Shown here: positions 10,908-20,480 of the stretch, one piece after another
Numbering within the stretch: the stretch's first letter is position 1
Layout of the letters: each line of letters opens with the position of its first letter
Source of the DNA: an uncultured Chloroflexia bacterium
Lineage (GTDB): Bacteria; Chloroflexota; Limnocylindria; Limnocylindrales; CSP1-4
Assembly (NCBI GenBank): GCA_963713975.1
Contig: OY970218.1
Span: forward strand, 960,001 to 1,024,000
DNA length: 64,000 nucleotides
Direction: 5' to 3'
Position numbers and translations under genes: made by a program
Notes under the pieces: model-generated
Told to the model about the DNA's origin: nothing
The model's database searches: none
What the model saw: the letters and a program-made list of their open reading frames with translations, nothing else

Positions 10908-11789
10908 CTACCGGCCGGCGGCTGCGGTCTCGGGTTCCTTGGGCAACGCGAGCGCCTCGTCCGGGACGCCGGCGTCCATGCCGTTCTCGCGCAGGATCGG
11001 GCCGTAGCCCTCCTCCTCCAGGCGCAGCGCCAGCTCCTTGCCGCCGGAGGTGACGATCCGGCCGGCCGCCAGCACGTGGACGACGTCCGGAGTGATGTAG
11101 TTGAGCAGCCGCTGGTAGTGCGTGATCAGCAGCACGCCCATGTTGGGGTTGAGCTGGGCATTGACGCCCTCGGCCACGATCCGCAGGGCGTCGATGTCGA
11201 GGCCCGAGTCCGTCTCGTCGAGGATCGCGAACTCCGGCTCCAGCATCGCCATCTGGAGCATCTCGAGGCGCTTCTTCTCGCCACCCGAGAAGCCGTCGTT
11301 GACATAGCGGGCCGCGAAAGCGTCGTCCATCTTGAGCAGCGCCATCTTGGCGCGCATCCGCTTGCGGAAGTCGAGCATCGACACGCCGCCCCTGATGGCG
11401 TCCGTCGGGTCGATATCCGGGTTCTTGTCGATCCCCTGGAGCTTCGCGTTGAGCGCGCTCCGGACGAAGGAGGCGACGCTCAGGCCGGGGATCGCGGTGG
11501 GGTACTGGAAGGCCAGGAACAGGCCCAGGCGGGCGCGCTTGTCGGCCGAGAGGCTGAGCAGGTCATAGCCCTTCCAGAGGACCTCGCCGCTCTTGACCAC
11601 GTACGCCGGGTGCCCCATGAGGGCGTAGGAGAGCGTCGTCTTGCCCGAGCCGTTGGGGCCCATGATCGCGTGCGTCTCACCCTTGCGGATGGTGAGGTTG
11701 ATCCCCTGGAGGATCTCGAGGTCCGGGTGGGCGGCCGGTGCGACCCGCAGGTCGCGGATGACAAGCTCCCGGTCGTTGGCGTCGGTCAC
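10908..11789 (-). CDS. sufC: Fe-S assembly ATPase SufC
   Basis: [45 protein letters not shown]. Confidence 0.96.
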   Translation of the reverse strand: MTDANDRELVIRDLRVAPAAHPDLEILQGINLTIRKGETHAIMGPNGSGKTTLSYALMGHPAYVVKSGEVLWKGYDLLSLSADKRARLGLFLAFQYPTAIPGLSVASFVRSALNAKLQGIDKNPDIDPTDAIRGGVSMLDFRKRMRAKMALLKMDDAFAARYVNDGFSGGEKKRLEMLQMAMLEPEFAILDETDSGLDIDALRIVAEGVNAQLNPNMGVLLITHYQRLLNYITPDVVHVLAAGRIVTSGGKELALRLEEEGYGPILRENGMDAGVPDEALALPKEPETAAAGR

Positions 11790-12331
11790 GAAGTGGCTCC
11801 TGTGAGCGTGGGTGCTGGGGTGGAACCCGAAGTCGCCTCGCCGGCCTGGGACGGCGCCGGTGTGCGCGGATCGAGGGTGATGTGGCGGACCGGAACGAGG
11901 TCCGCGAGCGTCATGCCGTCGAGGGTGCCGGTGATCGCATCCCGGACGCGGATCCAGAGCACGTTGACCGTGCACCGCGTGGAGCGGTCGCAGGTCGCGT
12001 GATCCACCTCGTCCGAGGCGCAGATCATCGGTGCTATCGGGCCCTCCAGGGCCCGCAGGACCGCGCCCATCCGGATCTCGGACGGTGCCGAGGCAAGCTC
12101 GTAGCCGCCGCGGGCACCGCGCGTGGAGACGACCAGGCCGGCGTCCCGAAGGCTCGTCACGAGCTGCTCCAGGTAGGCCCGCGGCAGGTCCTCGTCGGCG
12201 GCGATCTCCGCGAGGCTGGCGGGGCCCATGCCGTAGTGGCATCCGAGCTGGACCATCAGGCGCACGCCGTATTCGCCCTTCGTCGAAAAGGAGAGGGCGC
12301 CGGAACCGTGGAAGCTCGCGCGATGGGACAG
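11786..12331 (-). CDS. Rrf2-family regulator (IscR-like, three Cys); probable CTG start
   Basis: [13 protein letters not shown]...YLEQL...STRGARGGY; C-terminal [18 protein letters not shown]; SD GGAGG 9 nt before CTG 12331. Confidence 0.9.
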   Translation of the reverse strand: MSHRASFHGSGALSFSTKGEYGVRLMVQLGCHYGMGPASLAEIAADEDLPRAYLEQLVTSLRDAGLVVSTRGARGGYELASAPSEIRMGAVLRALEGPIAPMICASDEVDHATCDRSTRCTVNVLWIRVRDAITGTLDGMTLADLVPVRHITLDPRTPAPSQAGEATSGSTPAPTLTGATS

Positions 12332-12396
12332 GGCCTGGATCCTCCGGGTGGCAGGAGTTCCCCGGGGGGCGCCGCCGGCCTCAGAGGCCGCCGGGG

Positions 12397-12451
12397 AATT
12401 CCGACCTGTTTCCTATGGATTGAGTGTAGGACGGTCGGCCGAGAGCGTCAA
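12397..12451 (-). promoter_or_regulatory. Sigma70-type promoter and putative Rrf2 operator of the suf operon
   Basis: Minus strand TTGACG-17nt-TACACT (12451-12423), immediately followed by the AT-rich AATCCATAGGAAACAGGTCGGAATT, which resembles an IscR type-1 site. Confidence 0.75.
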
Positions 12452-12528
12452 CGCGTGCGTGGGGTGGACCAACAGCCAACGGCCGACCCGCGGTGAACCA
12501 CGACGCGGCCCGCGTGGTACAAGGGGAT

Positions 12529-13194
12529 ATGCGTCCCGTGATCGCCGCGCTGCCGCTCCTCCTCGTATGCCTTGCCGTCGCGGCCTGCGGTGAGCCATCG
12601 CCTTCGGTCGATGACACGCCGCGTACGACGGCGCCGGACATCGCGACCCCGGCCGCAACCCCCGACCCTGCGGTCGTGGCCGACGCCGCGGCCATGGGTG
12701 CGTGGCGACGGGGTCCGGTCGTGCCATCGCCCGCGCTCACCGCAGCGGCCGAGAACGCCTGCCGGGCGCAGGACGGCGTGGGGACTCTGCCGCTGGCGGT
12801 GCTCGACGCCCGGGGCGAGGGGCGGATGGTCATCGTCTTCGCGGACACGGATGCCGCCATGCTGTGTCATGTCGGGGTGACCGAGGACGGCACCGCCACG
12901 GCCGATGCCCGCCCCGTGGCCGGCTTCGAGGGCGCGGAGGCACCAGGGCCTGGAAAGCTGGGCCTGCGCGACGTCGAGGTCGTCGAGGGCACATCCGGCG
13001 CATGGACGGTCGTGGTGGGCCGCGTGGATGAGGCCGCGAACACGGTCGAGGTCAGCTTCGATGCCGACGCGGCGTGGAGCAAGACGTCGATGGCCGACGG
13101 CTGGTACGCGATCTGGTGGCCCGGCGCGGACCGAGCACTGGCGGTCGCGTCCGTGGACCGGCGCAACACGGTTATCGACAGCTACGCCCCGTAG
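12529..13194 (+). CDS. Lipoprotein of unknown function
   Basis: Lipobox LAVAAC followed by a Pro/Thr/Ala linker. Confidence 0.8.
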   Translation: MRPVIAALPLLLVCLAVAACGEPSPSVDDTPRTTAPDIATPAATPDPAVVADAAAMGAWRRGPVVPSPALTAAAENACRAQDGVGTLPLAVLDARGEGRMVIVFADTDAAMLCHVGVTEDGTATADARPVAGFEGAEAPGPGKLGLRDVEVVEGTSGAWTVVVGRVDEAANTVEVSFDADAAWSKTSMADGWYAIWWPGADRALAVASVDRRNTVIDSYAP

Positions 13195-13625
13195 GAGGCC
13201 AGGCGCCCGGGGCATGCTCGAGGCGGCCGGCGTGCTGTGAGCCATTCGTTCGGGCTGGACCCGGCTGGACCTGACCCGTGAGCAAGTTAGCCACTGGGCG
13301 GTCCAACCGTCGGGTGCGGTGTAGTTTGCGCCGCCTAGCGGCACGACTGTCGGCTGCACGGGGCATTCGGGGCGACGAACATGCCGCCTGGCGACTGAAA
13401 CCGCGGTAGACCCGACCGTTGGGTCGCTGGGCGGAGCAGATGGAGGTGCAGGCCGCTTGGGCGCCCGAGTCCAAGGAAGGCACGGACCCAGACTCGGTTG
13501 TCCGGTCCGGGGTACCACCGACCTATCGTGCGTCGAGGTCCGGATGGGTACGTTCCCGGATGACACGTGGACGTGAGCCGGCGCCGGCTCCTCCAGACCC
13601 AGGTGGCCGGGGAACGACGCATAAC

Positions 13626-16600
13626 ATGACCCTCGCGCACGACGGCAGCAGCACCCGGGCAACCCGGTCGCGGGCGACCTCCGCGCACGCGGTACGGGGC
13701 CCGGCCCAGGCACGTCCCGCCGACGAGGAGCGCGAGGCTGCCCTGAGCCGCGTGGTGGCCGAGATCGACGCGAGTCTCGACATCGACCAGGTCGTCCGGG
13801 ATGCCCTGGGCGCCTCGCGTTCCCTGTTCAGGGCGGACGTGGCGGCCCTGTGGCTGGTCACCCCGGACCGGCACCCCCTGCGCCTTGCCGGGCACGTCGA
13901 TCTCGCGCCCGAGGTGATCGAGGCGATGAGCGCCGTCACGCGTGACGACTCGCTCACGTGCCTGCGGGCCATCGCGGAAGGCCGGAGCATCGTGCTTGAC
14001 GGGCCGACATCGGTGCCGGACCTCGCCGAGCTGCATGCGCGCCTTGGCTTCCGGACAATCATCTTCGTGCCGCTCATGGTGCGGGACAAGGTGCTGGCCC
14101 TGCTGGCGCTGTACCACCACACGCCGTACGCGTGGACGGAGTCCGAGCTCGAGGTGTCCGCGGCATTCGCCGGCCAGATGGCCATCGCGGTCGCCAACGC
14201 CCAACTGTTCGAATCGGTCCGGGAAGGGGCCGCCCGGCTCCGCGCGATCCAGGAGCTGTCAGCACGCCTCAACCGGATCCAGGAGATCGAGGGGATCGGC
14301 GAGGCGATCGTGGCCGAGGCCGACAAGCTCATCCGGCACGACACGATCCGCGTCTACCGCGTGGACCAGTCGACGGGGATGTGCGAGCCCGTCGCCTTCC
14401 ACGGCGAGTTCGTCGGCATCGGCACGCCGTCGTTCGCAGACCTCCGGGTGCGCGTGGGCGACGGTCTCACGGGCTGGACCGCCCTCCACAACAGCACGAT
14501 CCGGCTGGGCGACGCCAGCGCCGACGGGCGGGGTCGCCGGCTGGGCGGCAGCCGCGGGCCCGAGTCGATGCTCCTGGTCCCGATGTCCTACGAGTCACGG
14601 GTGCTCGGGGTCATCGTGCTGTCCAAGGCGGGCTACGACCAGTACTCGGAGGACGACCAGCGAATCCTCGAGATCTTCGCCGGGTACGCAGCCCAGGCGC
14701 TGGTGAACGCCGAGGCATTCGGACAGGTCCGCCGGCAGCAGCAGGAGCTCCACCACCGCCTCGAGAGCCAGCGGCGACTGCTGGAGGTGAACGAGCGGCT
14801 GCTCGCGACGCTGGACCAGAGCGGCGTCCTCGAGATGATCGCGGACTCCCTCAAGACCGTTGTCTCCTACGACTCACTGACGATCTACCGAGTGGACCGC
14901 TCGACCCGGGTCCGGCGGGCGGTGGTCGCGCGGGACGAGTTCGCCGAGCTGATCCTGTCCCACGAGACGTCGATGGACACGGGCATCACCGGCTGGGCGA
15001 TCCGCACCGGCGAGGCGGTCCTCGCCAACGACGCGAACCTCGATCCCCGCTCGATCCAGATCCCTGGGACGCCGGAGGAACCGGAATCGATGATCGTCTG
15101 CCCGCTGCTGGTTGGCGGGGAGGTCATCGGCACGCTCAACGTCGCCCGGATGGGCGGCGATGAGTCCCACTTCACCCAGGACGAGTTCGAGCTGGTGCAG
15201 CTGTTCGCGGCGCAGGCGTCCATCGCGCTGCGCAACGCCGATGCCCATGGGGCCATCGTCACCCAGGCCGAGCACGATGCCTTGACGGGGCTGCGGAACC
15301 ACGGCGCGTTCCAGCGCGAGCTGGGTGAGCTGCTGGGGCAGGGTGTGGAGCTCGCGCTGCTGATGCTCGACCTGGACCAGTTCAAGGGCTACAACGACAC
15401 CCACGGGCACCCGGCCGGCGACGAGCTGCTCGGACGGATCGCGAGCGCCATGCAGGCTTCGGTTCGTGACGGCGACCGCGTCTACCGCTACGGTGGCGAC
15501 GAGTTTGCGATCCTCCTGGAGGGTGCCGACGCTGCCGGCGCCCGGGTCGTGGCGGAGCGCATCCGGTCGGCGGTCGCACGTCTGACCGAGACGTTCGGGC
15601 CGGCCGTCTCCGTGAGCGTCGGCATCGCGCACCACCCGGAGGATGCCCAGGACAAGGATGGCCTCGTCGCGGCCGCGGACCGGGCGTTGTACCTCGCCAA
15701 GCCGGCCGACCACTCGCGCCCGTCGGACGGGGATCCCACGCGCGACCTGTACCTGGCGGCGGTCGATGAGACCACCCTGCGCCTGATGGAGCGCCTCGAG
15801 CCGAGGGAGCTCGTCGGCGAGATCATGGAGCGGGCGGCGGGTCTGGTGGGTGTCAGGCACGCCTTCCTGTACCTGCTCGAGAGCCCGGAAGGTCCGGGCG
15901 GCGAGCCGGAGTTGGTGGAGCGGATCGGAACGGGGGTGTTCGAGGGCTACGAGGGCTACCGGCTGCCGCCGGCGACGGGCGTCGGCTGGGCGGTGGTCCG
16001 CAGCGGGCGGCCGGTCGTCGTGGACGACTACGCCACCTATCCGGATCGGGCCCGGGACCTGCCGGCCGCCGCGTTCGGGGCCGTGTGTGCCGTCCCCCTC
16101 ACATCGGGTGGCGAGGTGCTCGGCGTGATCGGGCTCGCGTCCGGCGACCCTGCGCGGACGTTCTCCGCGCGAGAGGTCGAGGCGCTCGCCAGGTTCGGGA
16201 AGCTGGCCTCAGTGGCGCTGGACAACGCCCGCCTGTTCGAGCGCGTCCAGAGCGAGGTGGAGCGCCAAGCACACGCCGCCCTCCACGACCACCTCACGGG
16301 GCTGCCCAACCGGGTCCTGCTGGTCGAGCGCCTGGCCGAACGGTTCGAGCAGGCATCACGGGAGAAGGGGCAGCGGCGGGAGGCGGCCAGCCGGGTGGCG
16401 CTCGTGATCCTGGACCTCGACCGCTTCACGGTGGTGAACGAGGGCCTCGGACACGCGGCCGGAGACCTGCTGCTCGCCCAGGTGGGCCGGCGGCTGCTCG
16501 CCGCGACCCGCACGACGGACCTGGTGGCACGCCTGGGATCGGACGAGTTTGGCATCCTGCTGGGGCCCGTCCGCAGCAGCGACGAGGTCGGGCGCTTGAC

Positions 16601-17633
16601 CGCCCGGATCGAGGCCGCAATGGCAGAGGCGTTTGACCTGGACGGAATCAAGGTGGCGGTCGATGTCAGCCTGGGCATCGCGATCGGCAGTGCGGCGCTC
16701 TCACATCCCCTTGATCTGCTCAAGCAGGCCGAGGTCGCGCTGCACAGGGCGAAGGCGGATCCGGGGCACACCGCCATCGTGTTCGACCCGGAGATGCACG
16801 CCCAGACGCTGGACCGGGCGACCATGGAGCACGACCTGCGCGGGGCGATCGAGCGCTCCGAGCTGCGAGTCCACTACCAGCCGCTCGTGGAGCTGCGCAC
16901 CGGTGGGATCGTGGGGGTGGAGGCGCTCCTGCGCTGGGAGCACCCGTCACGGGGCCTCGTGCCGCCGCTCGCGTTCATCCCGCTGGCCGAGGAGACCGGT
17001 CTCATCCTGCCGATCGGACGCTGGGTCCTGGAGACGGCGTGTCAGCAGCTGCGCGCGTGGCGGCGGCGGTACCCATCCGCCGCGGGCCTTGCCATGAGCG
17101 TGAACCTGTCGGCGCGCCAGTTCACCGAACCCGGGTTGATCGAGGACGTGGCCGCGGTCCTCAAGCGCGCCGGGCTCGAGGCCGGCGCGCTGGAGGTCGA
17201 GATCACCGAGAGTGTCGTCATGGACCAGTCCGAGGCGTCGGTGGAGCGTCTCCAGGGGCTCCGCTCCCTGGGCGTGAAGCTCGTCCTGGACGACTTCGGA
17301 ACCGGCTACTCATCGCTCGGCTACCTTCGTCGTCTGCCGCTGGACACGATCAAGGTCGACCAGTCCTTCGTGGCCGGCCTCGGGTCCGACAGCGTCGACT
17401 TCCCGATCGTGGACGCGGTGATCTCCCTGGCGCACGGCCTGGGGATCGACGTGGTCGCCGAGGGCATCGAGACCACCGAGCAGCTCGAGATCCTGCGCGA
17501 TCTCGCGTGCGACCGCGGACAGGGCTACCTGTTCTCGCGTCCGCTCCCGGCCTCGACGATCGAAACCCACTTCGCCGACGCCCACGACGGACGCCCGGTC
17601 CTGAACACCCGTAGGGGACCGGCTGATCGCTAG
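13626..17633 (+). CDS. GAF-GAF-GAF-GGDEF-GAF-GGDEF-EAL diguanylate cyclase/phosphodiesterase
   Basis: Repeated GAF motifs (vPL...G.IGvl...F..ee); DALTGL...RYGGDEF; DHLTGLPNR...RLGSDEF; EALLRW, EITES, DDFGTGYSS, QGY. Confidence 0.95.
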   Translation: MTLAHDGSSTRATRSRATSAHAVRGPAQARPADEEREAALSRVVAEIDASLDIDQVVRDALGASRSLFRADVAALWLVTPDRHPLRLAGHVDLAPEVIEAMSAVTRDDSLTCLRAIAEGRSIVLDGPTSVPDLAELHARLGFRTIIFVPLMVRDKVLALLALYHHTPYAWTESELEVSAAFAGQMAIAVANAQLFESVREGAARLRAIQELSARLNRIQEIEGIGEAIVAEADKLIRHDTIRVYRVDQSTGMCEPVAFHGEFVGIGTPSFADLRVRVGDGLTGWTALHNSTIRLGDASADGRGRRLGGSRGPESMLLVPMSYESRVLGVIVLSKAGYDQYSEDDQRILEIFAGYAAQALVNAEAFGQVRRQQQELHHRLESQRRLLEVNERLLATLDQSGVLEMIADSLKTVVSYDSLTIYRVDRSTRVRRAVVARDEFAELILSHETSMDTGITGWAIRTGEAVLANDANLDPRSIQIPGTPEEPESMIVCPLLVGGEVIGTLNVARMGGDESHFTQDEFELVQLFAAQASIALRNADAHGAIVTQAEHDALTGLRNHGAFQRELGELLGQGVELALLMLDLDQFKGYNDTHGHPAGDELLGRIASAMQASVRDGDRVYRYGGDEFAILLEGADAAGARVVAERIRSAVARLTETFGPAVSVSVGIAHHPEDAQDKDGLVAAADRALYLAKPADHSRPSDGDPTRDLYLAAVDETTLRLMERLEPRELVGEIMERAAGLVGVRHAFLYLLESPEGPGGEPELVERIGTGVFEGYEGYRLPPATGVGWAVVRSGRPVVVDDYATYPDRARDLPAAAFGAVCAVPLTSGGEVLGVIGLASGDPARTFSAREVEALARFGKLASVALDNARLFERVQSEVERQAHAALHDHLTGLPNRVLLVERLAERFEQASREKGQRREAASRVALVILDLDRFTVVNEGLGHAAGDLLLAQVGRRLLAATRTTDLVARLGSDEFGILLGPVRSSDEVGRLTARIEAAMAEAFDLDGIKVAVDVSLGIAIGSAALSHPLDLLKQAEVALHRAKADPGHTAIVFDPEMHAQTLDRATMEHDLRGAIERSELRVHYQPLVELRTGGIVGVEALLRWEHPSRGLVPPLAFIPLAEETGLILPIGRWVLETACQQLRAWRRRYPSAAGLAMSVNLSARQFTEPGLIEDVAAVLKRAGLEAGALEVEITESVVMDQSEASVERLQGLRSLGVKLVLDDFGTGYSSLGYLRRLPLDTIKVDQSFVAGLGSDSVDFPIVDAVISLAHGLGIDVVAEGIETTEQLEILRDLACDRGQGYLFSRPLPASTIETHFADAHDGRPVLNTRRGPADR

Positions 17634-18343
17634 CCGCGGTTGCCGCCGAACAGGCGGAGCATGAACAGGAACAGGTTGATGAAGTTCAGGTAGAGGTGCA
17701 GCGCCGCCAGGATCGAGGCTCGCTCCGGGGAGCCCGTGATGGCCGCGTACTCGCCGCGGGTGATCTTCTGGACGTCATACGCCGTGAGTGCCGTGAACAG
17801 CACCACGCCGAGGATCGAGATCACCCACCCGATCGTGTCCGACGCCAGGAAGATGTTGACGACCATGGCTACCAGGAGCCCGATCAGGCCCATGAACAGG
17901 ATCCCGCCCATGCTGGACAGGTCGCGCTTGGTCACCGCGCCGAACACGGCCGCCGCCCCGAACATGGCAGAGGCGGAGAAGAACGCCGAGGCCACGGCCT
18001 GGGCGCCGCCGGCCTGCTGCATGACCGACCAGACGATGACGCCGATCGTCAGGCCCATCGATGCCGCGTAGACGAAGAACAGACCCAGCGAGACCATCGG
18101 CGAGACCTTGTTGATGGCCACCTGGATGCCGACGCCCAGCACGAGCTGGAGGATGATGATCAGCAGCCACCACTGCGTGACCGCCATCAGCAGCTGCGCG
18201 CTGGAGCCGACGAAGTAGGCCACGACCGCGGACAACATGAGTCCGGCGAACATCCAGCCGAAGGCGCCCACGAGGAGCTGCTGGACCAGCGCAGGTGCCG
18301 GGCGAACGCCCAGCTGGGTCGGGGTGTATGACGTGCCGCTCAT
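17630..18343 (-). CDS. Bax inhibitor-1/YccA membrane protein
   Basis: Seven TM segments, TKRDLS, TAYDVQKI, LYLNFINLF. Confidence 0.93.
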   Translation of the reverse strand: MSGTSYTPTQLGVRPAPALVQQLLVGAFGWMFAGLMLSAVVAYFVGSSAQLLMAVTQWWLLIIILQLVLGVGIQVAINKVSPMVSLGLFFVYAASMGLTIGVIVWSVMQQAGGAQAVASAFFSASAMFGAAAVFGAVTKRDLSSMGGILFMGLIGLLVAMVVNIFLASDTIGWVISILGVVLFTALTAYDVQKITRGEYAAITGSPERASILAALHLYLNFINLFLFMLRLFGGNRG

Positions 18344-18388
18344 GCGTGGCTCCTTTCAGTGGGTTGCGCGCCGGAGCGCGAGCCGTGC

Positions 18389-19030
18389 TTACGGTTGGTT
18401 GGGGCGACGCTTGGTCCGGGCGACGGTCGGGCCGTGGGCCTCGGCCTGCTCGGCGGCTCGGGCGAGCACCCAGAGCAGGTCGGCGAGCCGGTTGAGGTAG
18501 GGAAGGAGTCGGCTGTCGGCCAGGCCCTCATCGTGCCGTGACAGCGTCACCGCGCGGCGCTCTGCGCGGCGCAGGACGGTCCGGGCCAGCTCGAGAGCCG
18601 CCGAGAGACGCGTCTCGCCCGGCACGACGAACTCGCGGGGGAGGAGGATCTGCGCCTCGACCTCCCGGAGCATCGCATCCATGCCGTCGACCATCGCCGT
18701 CGACACGCGCGTGGTGTCGTCGCGACCCCTGTCACGTGCCTCCGGGTTGGTGGCGAGCTCCGCGCCGACCACGAACAGCTCACGCTGGATCCGGAGGACC
18801 AGCTCGCCCAGTCGCGCGAGCGCTGGATCCAGGGCCCCGGTGCGTCCCGTCGTGGTCAGCTCGGCCCGCGCCAGGCCCAACGCGGCGACCGCCTCGTCCA
18901 CTGTCCCATACGCCTCGGTGCGCAGGTCGTCCTTCGCCACGCGCTCGCCGCCGTACAGGAGCGACGTCGTGCCATCGTCGCCCCGACCGGTCGCGACGGA
19001 GGAGTCGTAGTCCAGGGAGTGGTCTGTCAT
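18389..19030 (-). CDS. pduO: ATP:cob(I)alamin adenosyltransferase, PduO type
   Basis: TGRGDDGTT, EAYGTVDE, FVVPG, RTVLRRAER, YLNRLADLLW. Confidence 0.93.
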   Translation of the reverse strand: MTDHSLDYDSSVATGRGDDGTTSLLYGGERVAKDDLRTEAYGTVDEAVAALGLARAELTTTGRTGALDPALARLGELVLRIQRELFVVGAELATNPEARDRGRDDTTRVSTAMVDGMDAMLREVEAQILLPREFVVPGETRLSAALELARTVLRRAERRAVTLSRHDEGLADSRLLPYLNRLADLLWVLARAAEQAEAHGPTVARTKRRPNQP

Positions 19031-19058
19031 CGGGTGGGAGACGCGGGTGGGGGTCCGC

Positions 19059-19394
19059 TCACCACATCAGGCCGGCGTCGCGCGGGTCCCAGCGCTCCGC
19101 CAGCAGCGTGACCTTGACCGGGTGATCGACGACCGTCTCGGCCTGCTCCTTGACCTGCTGGATCATGGCGCCGGCGTAGGGGCAGAACGGCGTGGTCAGG
19201 ATCATCTTGACCTCGGTCGAGTCCGGGCCCAGCAGGATCTGGCGGATCAGCGCGAGCTCCACCACGTTCATCCCGATCTCCGGGTCCACGACGGCGCGCA
19301 GCGCGTCGAGGATGGCGAGCTCGGTCGCACGGCGCTGCGCATCGAACGTGGCGTCGGGGGCGGCGGGCTGGTCAACAGGGTGCGTATCGGTCAT
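19059..19394 (-). CDS. DUF59/SufT metal-sulfur cluster assembly factor
   Basis: VVDPEIGMNVVEL...LTTPFCP. Confidence 0.9.
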   Translation of the reverse strand: MTDTHPVDQPAAPDATFDAQRRATELAILDALRAVVDPEIGMNVVELALIRQILLGPDSTEVKMILTTPFCPYAGAMIQQVKEQAETVVDHPVKVTLLAERWDPRDAGLMW

Positions 19395-19632
19395 GGCCGG
19401 GAAATCCTACCATCGGACTCAGGTATGGCTGCAACGGGCCACGGGGCCGGACGGCCCGCGTTGTCTGCTCGGCCCCCCCGGGCCGGACGGCCCGCGAACT
19501 CGGTGCCGTTCGCCTATTTGCGCAACTACGCAATTGGAAGGCATCATAGGCAGCCGGGTCGAGGGCCGTGAGCTCCTCGTCCGCTCCATCGAGACCAACA
19601 CGATCCCAGCACCCAATCACGGAGCCCGCATC

Positions 19633-20124
19633 ATGCCCCAGACCGTAACCCTCGCCCTCACCGGTGACGACATGCGCTTCGAAGCGACCGTCGGCAGCGG
19701 CCACACCATCGTCATGGACAATGGCATCGGGGACACGGGTGCCCGTCCTTCCGAGTTGGTGGGCGTGGCTCTCGCAGGCTGCACGGCCATGGACGTCATC
19801 TCCATCCTGCGCAAGAAGCGCCAGCCGGTGACCGGCTACGAGGTGCGCGTCAAGGGCATCCAGACCGAGGACCACCCACACAACTTCACGCGCTTCGACG
19901 TGCAGCACGTCGTGGACGGCGAGGGCATCGACCCGGCGGCCGTCAGCCGCGCGATCGAGCTGTCGTGCACCAAGTACTGCTCCGTGGGCTCGACGCTCTC
20001 GTCCGGAGCGCTCGAGATCCACCACAGCTACCTGATCCGGACGCCGGGCGGCGACGACCTGGAGGCGGAGGTCCTGGTGACCGGCCCCAACGACTCGGCG
20101 GAGGTGGTTGTAGCGAGCGCCTGA
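19633..20124 (+). CDS. OsmC-family (YhfA-like) protein
   Basis: ALAGCTAMDV...ELSCTKYCSV. Confidence 0.9.
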   Translation: MPQTVTLALTGDDMRFEATVGSGHTIVMDNGIGDTGARPSELVGVALAGCTAMDVISILRKKRQPVTGYEVRVKGIQTEDHPHNFTRFDVQHVVDGEGIDPAAVSRAIELSCTKYCSVGSTLSSGALEIHHSYLIRTPGGDDLEAEVLVTGPNDSAEVVVASA

Positions 20125-20147
20125 GTCGCTGCGAGCGCCTGAGTCGC
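20113..20147. repeat. 17-bp direct duplication (period 18) spanning the OsmC stop codon
   Basis: GCGAGCGCCTGAGTCGC at 20113-20129 and 20131-20147. Confidence 0.85.
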
Positions 20148-20148
20148 G

Positions 20149-20478
20149 TCAGGCGGCGGCGACCACCGACTTGATCACGACCCCCGGGATGCGCAGCCGC
20201 TCCGGGAGCCCGCTGGCCTCGTCGTGCGTGCATCCGGGACCCACGAGGGACCCGTCCGCATCGAAGAACTCCGCATAGCGCTCGCGATGGTCCGCCGCGT
20301 ACACGTAGGCGGATGCGATCCCGACCAGACGCAGCTCCGGGTGGTCCTTGAGCAGGTCTTCCACCGTGTACCCGTTGCGGCGCATCTCGAGCACCTGGTG
20401 GACCGTGAGGCGGGATCCGTAGCAGAAGGGCTCGCCGTTCATGACGAGCGGGTCAACCTTGACCCACTTGATGGTCAT
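20149..20478 (-). CDS. DUF433 (HTH, antitoxin-like) protein
   Basis: VDPLVMNGEPFCYGSRLTV...G.TVEDLLKDHPEL. Confidence 0.82.
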   Translation of the reverse strand: MTIKWVKVDPLVMNGEPFCYGSRLTVHQVLEMRRNGYTVEDLLKDHPELRLVGIASAYVYAADHRERYAEFFDADGSLVGPGCTHDEASGLPERLRIPGVVIKSVVAAA

Positions 20479-20480
20479 CG

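Noticed and set aside
13250-13292. SRP RNA or c-di-AMP riboswitch on the minus strand (CGGGTCAGGTCC, GCTAAC)
   Set aside because: No GGAA tetraloop/AGCAG motif for SRP, and the ydaO elements are in the wrong order.
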